Part shown: positions 63,105-64,000 of the stretch, in pieces
How positions within the stretch are numbered: the stretch's first letter is position 1
How the letters are laid out: every line of letters starts with the position of its first letter
Assembly (NCBI GenBank): GCA_951406725.2
Contig: OX597825.1
Span: 19,530,001 to 19,594,000, forward strand
DNA from: Octopus vulgaris
Taxonomy: Eukaryota
Direction: 5' to 3'
DNA length: 64,000 nt
Notes under the pieces: generated by a model
Databases searched by the model: none
The model's input: only the letters and a program-made list of their open reading frames with translations
What the model was told of the DNA's origin: nothing
Position numbers and translations under genes: made by a program

Positions 63105-63770
63105 TATATGTATGTTTGTGTGTGTGTTTATGTTTTATGTGGATGTATGCGTGCATGTGCATGTATGTGTCTGTGTTTGTGCGTGTGTGTGTGTGTGTAT
63201 ATGTGTGTGCCTTTAAGTGTGTGTGTATGCGTGCTCTTGTATGTATGTGTCTTGGTTTTTATATGTGTGTTTATGCGTATGTATTTGTGTGTATACGTGC
63301 ATGTGTATGCGCACGTGTGTATGTATGTGTCTGTGTTTGTGTGTGCATGCGTGTGTCTGTGGATACGTGCATGTGTATGTGTGCGTGTGTATGTATGTGT
63401 CTGTGTCTGTGCGTGTGTGTATATATGTGTGTGTCTTTATGTGTGTGTATGCGTGCTCGGGTATGTATGTGTCTATGTTTGTGCATATGTGTGTCTTTAT
63501 GTGTGTGTATGCGTGCTCGAGTATGTATGTGTCTGTGTTTGTGAGTGTGTATGTGTGTGTATGTGTGTATATGTGTGTATATGTGTGTGTATACGTGCAT
63601 GATTATGCGTGTGAGTGTATGTATGTGTCTGTGTTTGTGTGTGTATGTGTGTGAGAGTGGATAAGTGTGTGTGTGTATACGCCCGTGTGTATGTATGTGC
63701 CTCTGTGTGTGTGTGTGTGTGTGTGTGTCTGTCTGTGCTTGCGTGCGTGCGTGTGTGTGTGTGTATGTGT
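63105..63770. repeat. Degenerate (TG)n-rich array with higher-order units
   Basis: About 60-bp unit repeated at 63427-63545 (GTGTCTTTATGTGTGTGTATGCGTGCTCG). Confidence 0.85.
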
Positions 63771-64000
63771 ACGCCATATTTTATACATTTGCCTGTCACT
63801 GCCGTGTAACTTCCGACCACTGAAAGTCTCACCGATCCTGTCGGTGGAAAGTCGAAACGAAAGCCAAATTGTATATCGTTTGTGGTGACGTTGGGTTTTC
63901 ACAATGTTATATAGTGCGTATAAGTTCTTCATTTGTTCGTCTCTTCTGTTACATTGACCAAAGATCTTTTGTTGGATTCACACTAAAGGCCGAGCAAGTT

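Overview
AT-rich, microsatellite-saturated eukaryotic non-coding DNA. The SINE repertoire and (TA)n/(CA)n/(AAT)n density suggest an octopus genome (inference from remembered repeat families, not a search). No intact protein-coding gene is supported; almost all listed ORFs are microsatellite or SINE read-through. The window holds at least five tRNA-derived SINE families (my labels A, B, C, D, F), decayed RTE and REL-endonuclease (R4/Dong-like) LINE fragments, small DNA-transposon remnants, a possible solo LTR and many fold-back inverted repeats. 30911-41071 is repeated at 41172-51033 across a 100-N gap, most likely two haplotypes assembled in tandem; one SINE is present in only one copy. The most interesting signal is a set of minimal hammerhead-ribozyme motifs (CTGA[T/A]GA-stem-GAAAC-palindrome-NUH) in several unrelated repeats. 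One of these repeats is a tRNA-headed SINE (family D) with a Penelope-like hammerhead tail, inserted without a target-site duplication (TSD). Element boundaries were read by eye and are approximate.
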